A stretch of 64,000 nucleotides of DNA. Origin: the human T2T-CHM13v2.0 reference genome, Homo sapiens. This document shows, one piece after another, positions 1 to 13,100 of this stretch. A program made the position numbers and the translations under genes. The notes below the pieces were generated by a model. It did not search any database. It worked only from the letters and a program-made list of their open reading frames with translations, and was not told the origin of the DNA. The stretch lies in the NCBI RefSeq assembly GCF_009914755.1, contig NC_060926.1. One strand, given 5' to 3'. Each line of letters starts with the position of its first letter. The stretch's first letter is position 1.

Positions 1-157
1 GGATTGTCTTCATATAAACTCTAGACAGAAGCATTCTCAGATGCTTCATTGGGATGTTTCAATTGAAGTCACAGTGTTGAACAGTCCCTTTCATAGAGCA
101 GGTTTGAAACACTCTTTTTGTAGTATCTGGATGTGGACATTTGGAGCGCTTTCAGGC

Positions 158-174
158 CTATGGTGAAAAAGGAA
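158..174 (-). promoter_or_regulatory. pJalpha (A-box) motif of A-type monomers (first example)
   Basis: ctatggtgaaaaaggaa is the reverse complement of TTCCTTTTYCACCRTAG. It sits at the position equivalent to the CENP-B box in m1, m3 and m1/3 monomers. Confidence 0.85.
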
Positions 175-328
175 ATATCTTCCCCTGAAAACTAGACAGA
201 AGCATTCTCAGAAACTTATTTCTGATGTGCCCCCTCAACTAACAGTGTTGAAGCTTTCTTTTGATAGAGCAGTTTTGAAACACTCTTTTTGTGGAATCTG
301 CAAGTGGATATTTGTCTAGCTTTGAGGA

Positions 329-345
329 TTTCGTTGGAAACGGGA
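329..345 (+). promoter_or_regulatory. CENP-B box (first example; roughly 185-190 box positions in the window, normally spaced alternately 338 and 342 bp)
   Basis: tttcgttggaaacggga matches the 17-bp NTTCGNNNNANNCGGGN CENP-B binding consensus; it recurs in m2, m4 and m4/2 monomers. Confidence 0.97.
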
Positions 346-3300
346 TTACATATAAAAAGCAGACAGCAGCATTCCCAGAATCTCCTTTGTGATGTTTGCA
401 TTCAAGTCACAGAGTTGAACATTCCCTTTCATAGAGCAGGTTTGAAACACTCTTTTTGTAGTATCTCGATGTGGACATTTGGAGCGCTTTCAGGCCTATG
501 GTGAAAAAGGAAATATCTTCTCCTGAAAACTAGACAGAAGCATTCTCAGAATCTTATTTGTGATGTGCGCCCTCAACTAACAGTGTTGAAGCTATCTTTT
601 GATAGAGCAGTTTTGAAACACTCTTTTTGTAAAATCTGCAAGAGGATATTTGCATAGCTTTGAGGATTTCATTGGAAACGGGATTGTCTTCATATAAACT
701 CTAGACAGAAGCATTCTCAGAAGCTTCATTGGGATGTTTCAATTGAAGTCACAGTGTTGAACAGTCCCTTTCATAGAGCAGGTTTGAAACACTCTTTTTG
801 TAGTATCTGGAAGTGGACATTTGGAGCGCTCTCAGGACTACGGTGAAAAAGGAAATATCTTCCAATAAAAGCTACATAGAAGCAATGTCAGAAACTTTTT
901 CATGATGTATCTACTCAGCTAACAGAGTTGAACCTTTCTTTTGAGAGAGCAGTTTTGAAACACTCTTTTTGTGGAATCTGCAAGTGGATATTTGTCTAGC
1001 TTTGAGGATTTCGTTGGAAACAGGATTACATATAAAAAGCAGACAGCAGCATTCCCAGAAACTTCTTTGTGATGTTTGCATTCAAGTCACAGAGTTGAAC
1101 ATTCCCTTTCATAGAGCAGGTTTGAAACACTCTTTTTGTAGTATCTGGATGTGGACATTTGGAGCGCTTTCAGGCCTATGGTGAAAAAGGAAATATCTTC
1201 CCCTGAAAACTAGACAGAAGCATTCTCAGAATTTTATTTGTGATGTGCGCCCTCAACTAACAGTGTTGAAGCTTTCTTTTGATAGAGCAGGTTTGAAACA
1301 CTCTTTTTGTAAAATCTGCTAGAGGATATTTGGATAGCTTTGAGGATTTCTTTGGAAACGGGATTGTCTTCATATAAACTCTAGACAGAAGCATTCTCAG
1401 ATGCTTCATTGGGATGTTTCAATTGAAGTCACAGTGTTGAACAGTCCCTTTCATAGAGCAGGTTTGAAACACTCTTTTTGTAGTATCTGGATGTGGACAT
1501 TTGGAGCGCTTTCAGGCCTATGGTGAAAAAGGAAATATCTTCCCCTGAAAACTAGACAGAAGCATTCTCAGAAACTTATTTCTGATGTGCCCCCTCAACT
1601 AACAGTGTTGAAGCTTTCTTTTGATAGAGCAGGTTTGAAACACTCTTTTTGTGGAATCTGCAAGTGGATATTTGTCTAGCTTTGAGGATTTCGTTGGAAA
1701 CGGGATTACATATAAAAAGCAGACAGCAGCATTCCCAGAATCTTCTTTGTGATGTTTGCATTCAAGTCACAGAGTTGAACATTCCCTTTCATAGAGCAGG
1801 TTTGAAACACTCTTTTTGTAGTATCTCGATGTGGACATTTGGAGCGCTTTCAGGCCTATGGTGAAAAAGGAATTATCTTCTCCTGAAAACTACACAGAAG
1901 CATTCTCAGAATCTTATTTGTGATGTGCGCCCTCAACTAACAGTGTTGAAGCTTTCTTTTGATAGAGCAGTTTTGAAACATTCTTTTTGTAAAATCTGCA
2001 AGAGGATATTTGCATAGCTTTGAGGATTTCATTGGAAACGGGATTGTCTTCATATAAACTCTAGACAGAAGCATTCTCAGAAGCTTCATTGGGATGTTTC
2101 AATTGAAGTCACAGTGTTGAACAGTCCCTTTCATAGAGCAGGTTTGAAACACTCTTTTTGTAATATCTGGAAGTGGACATTTGGAGCGCTCTCAGGACTA
2201 CGGTGAAAAAGGAAATATCTTCCAATAAAAGCTACATAGAAGCAATGTCAGAAACTTTTTCATGATGTATCTACTCAGCTAACAGAGTTGAACCTTTCTT
2301 TTGAGAGAGCAGTTTTGAAACACTCTTTTTGTGGAATCTGCAAGTGGATATTTGTCTAGCTTTGAGGATTTCGTTGGAAACAGGATTACATATAAAAAGC
2401 AGACAGCAGCATTCCCAGAAACTTCTTTGTGATGTTTGCATTCAAGTCACAGAGTTGAACATTCCCTTTCATAGAGCAGGTTTGAAACACTCTTTTTGTA
2501 GTATCTGGATGTGGACATTTGGAGCGCTTTCAGGCCTATGGTGAAAAAGGAAATATCTTCCCCTGAAAACTAGAGAGAAGCATTCTCAGAATTTTATTTG
2601 TGATGTGCGCCCTCAACTAACAGTGTTGAAGCTTTCTTTTGATAGAGCAGTTTTGAAACACTCTTTTTGTAAAATCTGCTAGAGGATATTTGGATAGCTT
2701 TGAGGATTTCTTTGGAAACGGGATTGTCTTCATATAAACTCTAGACAGAATCATTCTCAGATGCTTCATTGGGATGTTTCAATTGAAGTCACAGTGTTGA
2801 ACAGTCCCTTTCATAGAGCAGGTTTGAAACACTCTTTTTGTAGTATCTGGATGTGGACATTTGGAGCGCTTTCAGGCCTATGGTGAAAAAGGAAATATCT
2901 TCCCCTGAAAACTAGACAGAAGCATTCTCAGAAACTTATTTGTGATGTGCCCCCTCAACTAACAGTGTTGAAGCTTTCTTTTGATAGAGCAGTTTTGAAA
3001 CACTCTTTTTGTGGAATCTGCAAGTGGATATTTGTCTAGCTTTGAGGATTTCGTTGGAAACGGGATTACATATAAAAAGCAGACAGCAGCATTCCCAGAA
3101 TCTTCTTTGTGATGTTTGCATTCAAGTCACAGAGTTGAACATTCCCTTTCATAGAGCAGGTTTGAAACACTCTTTTTGTAGTATCTCGATGTGGACATTT
3201 GGAGCGCTTTCAGGCCTATGGTGAAAAAGGAAATATCTTCTCCTGAAAACTAGACAGAAGCATTCTCAGAATCTTATTTGTGATGTGCGCCCTCAACTAA

Positions 3301-3431
3301 CAGTGTTGAAGCTTTCTTTTGATAGAGCAGTTTTGAAACACTCTTTTTGTAAAATCTGCAAGAGGATATTTGGATAGCTTTGAGGATTTCGTTGGAAACG
3401 GGATTGTCTTCATATAAACTCTAGACAGAAG

Positions 3432-4111
3432 CATTCTCAGAAGCTTCATTGGGATGTTTCAATTGAAGTCACAGTGTTGAACAGTCCCTTTCGTAGAGCA
3501 GGTTTGAAACACTCTTTTTGTAGTATCTGGAAGTGGACATTTGGAGCGCTCTCAGGACTACGGTGAAAAAGGAAGTATCTTCCAATAAAAGCTTGATAGA
3601 AGCAATGTCAGAAACTTTTACATGATGTATCTACTCAGCTAACAGAGTTGAACCTTTCTTTTGAGAGAGCAGTTTTGAAACACTCTTTTTGTGGAATCTG
3701 CAAGTGGATATTTGTCTAGCTTTGAGGATTTCGTTGGAAACGGGATTACATATAAAAAGCAGAAAGCAGCATTCCCAGAAACTTCTTTGTGATGTTTGCA
3801 TTCAAGTCACAGAGTTGAAAATTCCCTTTCATAGAGCAGGTTTGAAACACTCTTTTTGTAGTATCTGGATGTGGACATTTGGAGCGCTTTCAGGCCTATG
3901 GTGAAAAAGGAAATATCTTCCCCTGAAAACTAGACAGAAGCATTCTCAGAATTTTATTTCTGATGTGCGCCCTCGACTAACAGTGTTGAAGCTTTCTTTT
4001 GATAGAGCAGTTTTGAAACACACTTTTTGTAAAATCTGCAAGAGGATATTTGGATAGCTTTGAGGATTTCGTTGGAAACGGGATTGTCTTCATATAAACT
4101 CTAGACAGAAG
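3432..4111 (+). repeat. Representative canonical 680-bp tetramer HOR (m1-m2-m3-m4 = 171+167+171+171 bp)
   Basis: Four distinguishable monomers between XbaI sites at 3420 and 4100; both CENP-B boxes (3729, 4067) are intact. Confidence 0.95.
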
Positions 4112-5470
4112 CATTCTCAGAAGCTTCATTGGGATGTTTCAATTGAAGTCACAGTGTTGAACAGTCCCTTTCATAGAGCAGGTTTGAAACACTCTTTTTG
4201 TAGTATCTGGATGTGGACATTTGGAGCGCTTTCAGGCCTATGGTGAAAAAGGAAATATCTTCCCCTGAAAACTAGACAGAAGCATTCTCAGAAACTTATT
4301 TGTGATGTGCCCCCTCAACTAACAGTGTTGAAGCTTTCTTTTGATAGAGGAGTTTTGAAACACTCTTTTTGTGGAATCTGCAAGTGGATATTTGTCTAGC
4401 TTTGAGGATTTCGTTGGAAACGGGATTGCATATAAGAAGCAGACAGCAGCATTCCCAGAATCTTCTTTGTGATGTTTGCATTCAAGTCACAGAGTTGAAC
4501 ATTCCCTTTCATAGAGCAGGTTTGAAACACTCTTTTTGTAGTATCTCGATGTGGACATTTGGAGCGCTTTCAGGCCTATGGTGAAAAAGGAAATATCTTC
4601 TCCTGAAAACTAGACAGAAGCATTCTCAGAATCTTATTTGTGATATGCGCCCTCAACTAACAGTGTTGAAGCTTTCTTTTGATAGAGCAGATTTGAAACA
4701 CTCTTTTTGTAAAATCTGCAAGAGGATATTTGCATAGCTTTGAGGATTTCATTGGAAACGGGATTGTCTTCATATAAACTCTAGACAGAAGCATTCTCAG
4801 AAGCTTCATTGGGATGTTTCAATTGAAGTCACAGTGTTGAAGAGTCCCTTTCATAGAGCAGGTTTGAAACACTCTTTTTGTAGTATCTGGAAGTGGACAT
4901 TTGGAGCGCTCTCAGGACTACGGTGAAAAAGGAAATATCTTCCAATAAAAGCTACATAGAAGCAATGTCAGATACTTTTTCATGATGTATCTACTCAGCT
5001 AACAGAGTTGAACCTTTCTTTTGAGAGAGCAGTTTTGAAACACTCTTTCTGTGGAATCTGCAAGTGGATATTTGTCTAGCTTTGAGGATTTCGTTGGAAA
5101 CGGGATTACATATAAAAACACAAAGCAGCATTCCCAGAAACTTCTTTGTGATGTTTGCATTCAAGTCACAGAGTTGAACATTCCCTTTCATAGAGCAGGT
5201 TTGAAACACTCTTTTTGTAGTATCTGGATGTGGACATTTGGAGCGCTTTCAGGCCTATGGTGAAAAAGGAAATATCTTCCCCTGAAAACTAGACAGAAGC
5301 ATTCTCAGAATTTTATTTGTGATGTGCGCCCTCAACTAACAGTATTGAAGCTTTCTTTTGATAGAGCAGTTTTGAAACACTCTTTTTGTAAAATCTGCTA
5401 GAGGATATTTGGATAGCTTTGAGGATTTCGTTGGAAACGGGATTGTCTTCATATAAACTCTAGACAGAAG

Positions 5471-7168
5471 CATTCTCAGAAGCTTCATTGGGATGTTTCA
5501 ATTGAAGTCACAGTGTTGAACAGTCCCTTTCATAGAGCAGGTTTGAAACACTCCTTTTGTAGTATCTGGATGTGGACATTTGGAGCGCTTTCAGGCCTAT
5601 GGTGAAAAAGGAAATATCTTCCCCTGAAAACTAGACAGAAGCCTTCTCAGAAACTTATTGGTGATGTGCGCCCTCAACTAACAGTGTTGAAGCTTTCTTT
5701 TGATAGAGCAGTTTTGAAACACTCTTTTTGTGGAATCTGCAAGTGGATATTTGTCTAGCTTTGAGGATTTCGTTGGAAACGGGATTACATATAAAAAGCA
5801 GACAGCAGCATTCCCAGAATCTTCTTTGTGATGTTTGCATTCAAGTCACAGAGTTGAACATTCCCTTTCATAGAGCAGGTTTGAAACACTCTTTTTATAG
5901 TATCTGGATGTGGACATTTGGAGCGCTTTCAGGCCTATGGTGAAAAAGGAAATATCTTCTCATGAAAACTAGACAGAAGCATTCTCAGAATTTTATCTGT
6001 GATGTGCGCCCTCAACTAACAGTGTTGAAGCTTTCTTTTGATAGAGCAGTTTTGAAACACTCTTTTTGTAAAATCTGCAAGAGGATATTTTTCTAGCTTT
6101 GAGGATTTCGTTGGAAACGGGATTACATATAAAAAGAAGAAAGCAGCATTCCCAGAAACTTCTTTGTGATGTTTGCATTCATGTCACAGAGTTGAACATT
6201 CCCTTTCATAGAGCAGGTTTGAAACACTCTTTTTATAGTATCTGGATGTGGACATTTGGAGCGCTTTCAGGCCTATGGTGAAAAAGGAAATATCTTCTCC
6301 TGAAAACTAGACAGAAGCATTCTCAGAATCTTATCTGTGATGTGCACCCTCAACTAACAGTGTTGAAGCTTTCTTTTGATAGAGCAGTTTTGAAACACTC
6401 TTTTTGTAAAATCTGCAAGAGGATATTTGCATAGCTTTGAGGATTTCATTGGAAACGGGATTGTCTTCATATAAACTCTAGACAGAAGCATTCTCAGAAG
6501 CTTCATTGGGATGTTTCAATTGAAGTCACAGTGTTGAACAGTCCCTTTCATAGAGCAGGTTTGAAACACTCTTTTTGTAGTATCTGGAAGTGGACATTTT
6601 GAGAGATCTCAGGAATACGGTGATAAAGGAAATATCTTCCAATAAAAGCTAGATAGAAGCAATGTCAGAAACTTTTTCATGATGTATCTACTCAGCTAAC
6701 AGAGTTGAACCTTTCTTTTGAGAGAGCAGTTTTGAAACACTCTTTTTGTGGAATCTGCAAGTGGATATTTGTCTAGCTTAGAGGAATTCGTTGGAAACGG
6801 GATTACATATAAAAAGCAGACAGCAGCATTCCCAGAAACTTCTTTGTGATGTTTGCATTCAAGTCACAGAGTTGAACATTCCCTTTCATAGAGCAGGTTT
6901 GAAACACTCTTTTTGTAGTATCGGGATGTGGACATTTGGAGCGCTTTCAGGCCTATGGTGAAAAAGGAAATATCTTCCCCTGAAAACTAGACAGAAGCAT
7001 TCTCAGAATTTTATTTGTGATGTGCGCCCTCAACTAACAGTGTTGAACCTTTCTTTTGATAGAGCAGTTTTGAAACAATCTTTTTGTAAAATCTGCAAGA
7101 GGATATTTGGATAGCTTTGAGGATTTCGTTGGAAACGGGATTGTCTTAATATAAACTCTAGACAGAAG
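5471..7168 (+). repeat. 10-mer structural variant (1698 bp = 1360 + 338) with an extra m4/2-m3 dimer
   Basis: An extra hybrid B monomer at 5980-6146 (m4 markers gtaaaatctgcaagagg, then m2 markers tctagc...gattacatat) is followed by an extra m3 at 6147. Confidence 0.9.
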
Positions 7169-10100
7169 CATTCTCAGAAGCTTCATTGGGATGTTTCAAT
7201 TGAAGTCACAGTGTTGAACAGTCCCTTTCATAGAGCAGGTTTGAAACACTCTTTTTGTAGTATCTGGATGTGGACATTTGGAGCGCTTTCAGGCCTATTT
7301 TTTAAAAGGAAATATCTTCCCCTGAAAACTAGACAGAAGCATTCTCAGAAACTTATTTGTGATGTGCGCCCTCAACTAACAGTGTTGAAGCATTCTTTTG
7401 ATAGAGCAGTTTTGAAACACTCTTTTTGTGGAATCTGCAAGTGGATATTTGTCTAGCTTTGAGGATTTCGTTGGAAACGGGATTACATATAAAAAGCAGA
7501 CAGCAGCATTCCCAGAATCTTCTTTGTGATGTTTGCATTCAAGTCACAGAGTTGAACATTCCCTTTCATAGAGCAGGTTTGAAACACTCTTTTTGTAGTA
7601 TCTCGATGTGGACATTTGGAGCGCTTTCAGGCCTATGGTGAAAAAGGAAATATCTTCTCCTGAAAACTAGACAGAAGCATTCTCAGAATCTTATTTGTGA
7701 TGTGCGCCCTCAACTAACAGTGTTGAAGCTTTCTTCTGATAGAGCAGTTTTGAAACACTCTTTTTGTAAAATCTGCAAGAGGATATTTGCATAGCTTTGA
7801 GGATTTCATTGGAAACGGGATTGTCTTCATATAAACTCTAGACAGAAGCATTCTCAGAAGCTTCATTGGGATGTTTCAATTGAAGTCACAGTGTTGAACA
7901 GTCCCTTTCATAGAGCAGGTTTGAAACACTCTTTTTGTAGTATCTGGAAGTGGACATTTGGAGCGCTCTCAGGACTACGGTGAAAAAGGAAATATCTTCC
8001 AATAAAAGCTACATAGAAGCAATGTCAGAAACTTTTTCATGATGTATCTACTCAGCTAACAGAGTTGAACCTTTCTTTTGAGAGAGCAGTTTTGAAACAC
8101 TCTTTTTGTGTAATCTGCAACTGGATATTTGTCTAGCTTTGAGGAATTCGTTGGAAACGGGATTACATATAAAAAGCAGACAGCAGCATTCCCAGAAACT
8201 TCTTTGTGATGTTTGCATTCAAGTCACAGAGTTGAACATTCCCTTTCATAGAGCAGGTTTGAAACACTCTTTTTGTAGTATCTGGATGTGGACATTTGGA
8301 GCGCTTTCAGGCCTATGGTGAAAAAGGAAATATCTTCCCCTGAAAACTAGACAGAAGCATTCTCAGAATCTTATTTGTGATGTGCGCCCTCAACTAACAG
8401 TGTTGAAGCTTTCTTTTGATAGAGCAGTTTTCAAACTCTCTTTTTGTAAAATCTGCAAGAGGATATTTGGATAGCTTTGAGGATTTCTTTGGAAACGGGA
8501 TTGTCTTCATATAAACTCTAGACAGAAGCATTCTCAGATGCTTCATTGGGATGTTTCAATTGAAGTCACAGTGTTGAACAGTCCCTTTCATAGAGCAGGT
8601 TTGAAACACTCTTTTTGTAGTATCTGGATGTGGACATTTGGAGCGCTTTCAGGCCTATGGTGAAAAAGGAAATATCTTCCCCTGAAAACTAGACAGAAGC
8701 ATTCTCAGAAACTTATTTGTGATGTGCGCCCTCAACTAACAGTGTTGAAGCTTTCTTTTGATAGAGCAGTTTTGAAACACTCTTTTTGTGGAATCTGCTA
8801 GTGGATATTTGTCTAGCTTTGAGGATTTCGTTGGAAACGGGATTACATATAAAAAGCAGACAGCAGCATTCCCAGTAACTTCTTTGTGATGTTTGCATTC
8901 AAGTCACAGAGTTGAACATTCCCTTTCATAGAGCAGGTTTGAAACACTCTTTTTGTAGTATCTGGATGTGGACATTTGGAGCGCTTTCAGGCCTATGGTG
9001 AAAAAGGAAATATCTTCCCCTGAAAACTAGACAGAAGCATTCTCAGAATCTTATTTGTGATGTGCGCCCTCAACTAACAGTGTTGAAGCTTTCTTTTGAT
9101 AGAGCAGTTTTGAAACACTCTTTTTGTAAAATCTGCAAGAGGATATTTGGATAGCTTTGAGGATTTCGTTGAAAACGGGATTGTCTTCATATAAACTCTA
9201 GACAGAAGCATTCTCAGAAGCTTCATTGGGATGTTTCAATTGAAGTCACAGTGTTGAACAGTCCCTTTCATAGAGCAGGTTTGAAACACTCTTTTTGTAG
9301 TATCTGGAAGTGAACATTTGGAGCGCTCTCAGGACTACGGTGAAAAAAGAAGTATCTTCCAATAAAAGCTTGATAGAAGCAATGTCAGAAACTTTTTCAT
9401 GATGTATCTACTCAGCTAACAGAGTTGAACCTTTCTTTTGAGAGAGCAGTTTTGAAACACTCTTTTTGTGGAATCTGCAAGTGGATATTTGACTAGCTTT
9501 GAGGATTTCGTTGGAAACGGGATTACATATAAAAAGCAGAAAGCAGCATTCCCAGAAACTTCTTTGTGATGTTTGCATTCAAGTCACAGAGTTGAACATT
9601 CCCTTTCATAGAGCAGGTTTGAAACACTCTTTTTGTAGTATCGGGATGTGGACATTTGGAGCGCTTTCAGGCCTATGGTGAAAAAGGAAATATCTTCCCC
9701 TGAAAACTAGACAGAAGCATTCTCAGAATTTTATTTGTGATGTGCGCCCTCAACTAACAGTGTTGAACCTTTCTTTTGATAGAGCAGTTTTGAAACAATC
9801 TTTTTGTAAAATCTGCAAGAGGATATTTGGATAGCTTTGAGGATTTCGTTGGAAACGGGATTGTCTTAATATAAACTCTAGACAGAAGCATTCTCAGAAG
9901 CTTCATTGGGATGTTTCAATTGAAGTCACAGTGTTGAACAGTCCCTTTCATAGAGCAGGTTTGAAACACTCTTTTTGTAGTATCTGGATGTGGACATTTG
10001 GAGCGCTTTCAGGCCTATTTTTTAAAAGGAAATATCTTCCCCTGAAAACTAGACAGAAGCATTCTCAGAAACTTATTTGTGATGTGCGCCCTCAACTAAC

Positions 10101-13100
10101 AGTGTTGAAGCATTCTTTTGATAGAGCAGTTTTGAAACACTCTTTTTGTGGAATCTGCAAGTGGATATTTGTCTAGCTTTGAGGATTTCGTTGGAAACGG
10201 GATTACATATAAAAAGCAGACAGCAGCATTCCCAGAAACTTCTTTGTGATGTTTGCATTCAAGTCACAGAGTTGAACATTCCCTTTGATAGAGCAGGTTT
10301 GAAACACTCTTTTTGTAGTATCTGTATGTGGACATTTGGAGCGCTTTCAGGCCTATGGTGAAAAAGGAAATATCTTCCCCTGAAAACTAGACAGAAACAT
10401 TCTCAGAATCTTATTTGTGATGTGCGCCCTCAACTAACAGTGTTGAAGCTTTCTTTTGATAGAGCAGTTTTGAAACACTCTTTTTGTAAAATCTGCAAGA
10501 GGATATTTGGATAGCTTTGAGGATTTCGTTGGAAACGGGATTGTCTTCATATAAACTCTAGACAGAAGCATTCTCAGAAGCTTCATTGGGATGTTTCAAT
10601 TGAAGTCACAGTGTTGAACAGTCCCTTTCATAGAGCAGGTTTGAAACACTCTTTTTGTAGTATCTGGAAGTGAACATTTGGAGCGCTCTCAGGACTACGG
10701 TGAAAAAGGAAATATCTTCCAATAAAAGCTACATAGAAGCAATGTCAGAAACTTTTTCATGATGTATCTACTCAGCTAACAGAGTTGAACCTTTCTTTTG
10801 AGAGAGCAGTTTTGAAACACTCTTTTTGTGGAATCTTCAAGTGGATATTTGTCTAGCTTTGAGGATTTCGTTGGAAACAGGATTACATATAAAAAGCAGA
10901 CAGCAGCATTCCCAGAAACTTCTTTGTGATGTTTGCATTCAAGTCACAGAGTTGAACATTCCCTTTCATAGAGCAGGTTTGAAACACTCTTTTTGTAGTA
11001 TCTGGATGTGGACATTTGGAGCGCTTTCAGGCCTATGGTGAAAAAGGAAATATCTTCCCCTGAAAACTAGACAGAAGCATTCTCAGAATTTTATTTGTGA
11101 TGTGCGCCCTCAACTAACAGTGTTGAAGCTTTCTTTTGATAGAGCAGTTTTGAAACACTCTTTTTGTAAAATCTGCTAGAGGATATTTGGATAGCTTTGA
11201 GGATTTCTTTGGAAACGGGATTGTCTTCATATAAACTCTAGACAGAAGCATTCTCAGATGCTTCATTGGGATGTTTCAATTGAAGTCACAGTGTTGAACA
11301 GTCCCTTTCATAGAGCAGGTTTGAAACACTCTTTTTGTAGTATCTGGATGTGGACATTTGGAGCGCTTTCATGCCTATGGTGAAAAAGGAAATATCTTCC
11401 CCTGAAAACTAGACAGAAGCATTCTCAGAAACTTATTTCTGATGTGCCCCCTCAACTAACAGTGTTGAAGCTTTCTTTTGATAGAGCAGTTTTGAAACAC
11501 TCTTTTTGTGGAATCTGCAAGTGGATATTTGTCTAGCTTTGAGGATTTCGTTGGAAACGGGATTACATATAAAAAGCAGACAGCAGCATTCCCAGAATCT
11601 TCTTTGTGATGTTTGCATTCAAGTCACAGAGTTGAACATTCCCTTTCATAGAGCAGGTTTGAAACACTCTTTTTGTAGTATCTCGATGTGGACATTTGGA
11701 GCGCTTTCAGGCCTATGGTGAAAAAGGAAATATCTTCTCCTGAAAACTAGACAGAAGCATTCTCAGAATCTTATTTGTGATGTGCGCCCTCAACTAACAG
11801 TGTTGAAGCTTTCTTCTGATAGAGCAGTTTTGAAACACTCTTTTTGTAAAATCTGCAAGAGGATATTTGCATAGCTTTGAGGATTTCATTGGAAACGGGA
11901 TTGTCTTCATATAAACTCTAGACAGAAGCATTCTCAGAAGCTTCATTGGGATGTTTCAATTGAAGTCACAGTGTTGAACAGTCCCTTTCATAGAGCAGGT
12001 TTGAAACACTCTTTTTGTAGTATCTGGAAGTGGACATTTGGAGCGCTCTCAGGACTACGGTGAAAAAGGAAATATCTTCCAATAAAAGCTACATAGAAGC
12101 AATGTCAGAAACTTTTTCATGATGTATCTACTCAGCTAACAGAGTTGAACCTTTCTTTTGAGAGAGCAGTTTTGAAACACTCTTTTTGTGTAATCTGCAA
12201 CTGGATATTTGTCTAGCTTTGAGGAATTCGTTGGAAACGGGATTACATATAAAAAGCAGACAGCAGCATTCCCAGAAACTTCTTTGTGATGTTTGCATTC
12301 AAGTCACAGAGTTGAACATTCCCTTTCATAGAGCAGGTTTGAAACACTCTTTTTGTAGTATCTGGATGTGGACATTTGGAGCGCTTTCAGGCCTATGGTG
12401 AAAAAGGAAATATCTTCCCCTGAAAACTAGACAGAAGCATTCTCAGAATCTTATTTGTGATGTGCGCCCTCAACTAACAGTGTTGAAGCTTTCTTTTGAT
12501 AGAGCAGTTTTCAAACTCTCTTTTTGTAAAATCTGCAAGAGGATATTTGGATAGCTTTGAGGATTTCTTTGGAAACGGGATTGTCTTCATATAAACTCTA
12601 GACAGAAGCATTCTCAGATGCTTCATTGGGATGTTTCAATTGAAGTCACAGTGTTGAACAGTCCCTTTCATAGAGCAGGTTTGAAACACTCTTTTTGTAG
12701 TATCTGGATGTGGACATTTGGAGCGCTTTCAGGCCTATGGTGAAAAAGGAAATATCTTCCCCTGAAAACTAGACAGAAGCATTCTCAGAAACTTATTTGT
12801 GATGTGCGCCCTCAACTAACAGTGTTGAAGCTTTCTTTTGATAGAGCAGTTTTGAAACACTCTTTTTGTGGAATCTGCTAGTGGATATTTGTCTAGCTTT
12901 GAGGATTTCGTTGGAAACGGGATTACATATAAAAAGCAGACAGCAGCATTCCCAGTAACTTCTTTGTGATGTTTGCATTCAAGTCACAGAGTTGAACATT
13001 CCCTTTCATAGAGCAGGTTTGAAACACTCTTTTTGTAGTATCTGGATGTGGACATTTGGAGCGCTTTCAGGCCTATGGTGAAAAAGGAAATATCTTCCCC

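Noticed and set aside
58-251. Short dyads (ttcaattgaa, gaagcttc, tcaac-N7-gttga)
   Set aside because: The stems are only 4-5 bp and are routine in alpha satellite. They are freely broken by amplified variants (e.g. tttcagttgaa), so there is no sign of constraint.
349-870. TATA-like tataaaa (m2 tail) and aataaa (m1) motifs
   Set aside because: These are short AT-rich words that are ordinary parts of the monomers. Nothing in the sequence supports promoter or polyadenylation function.
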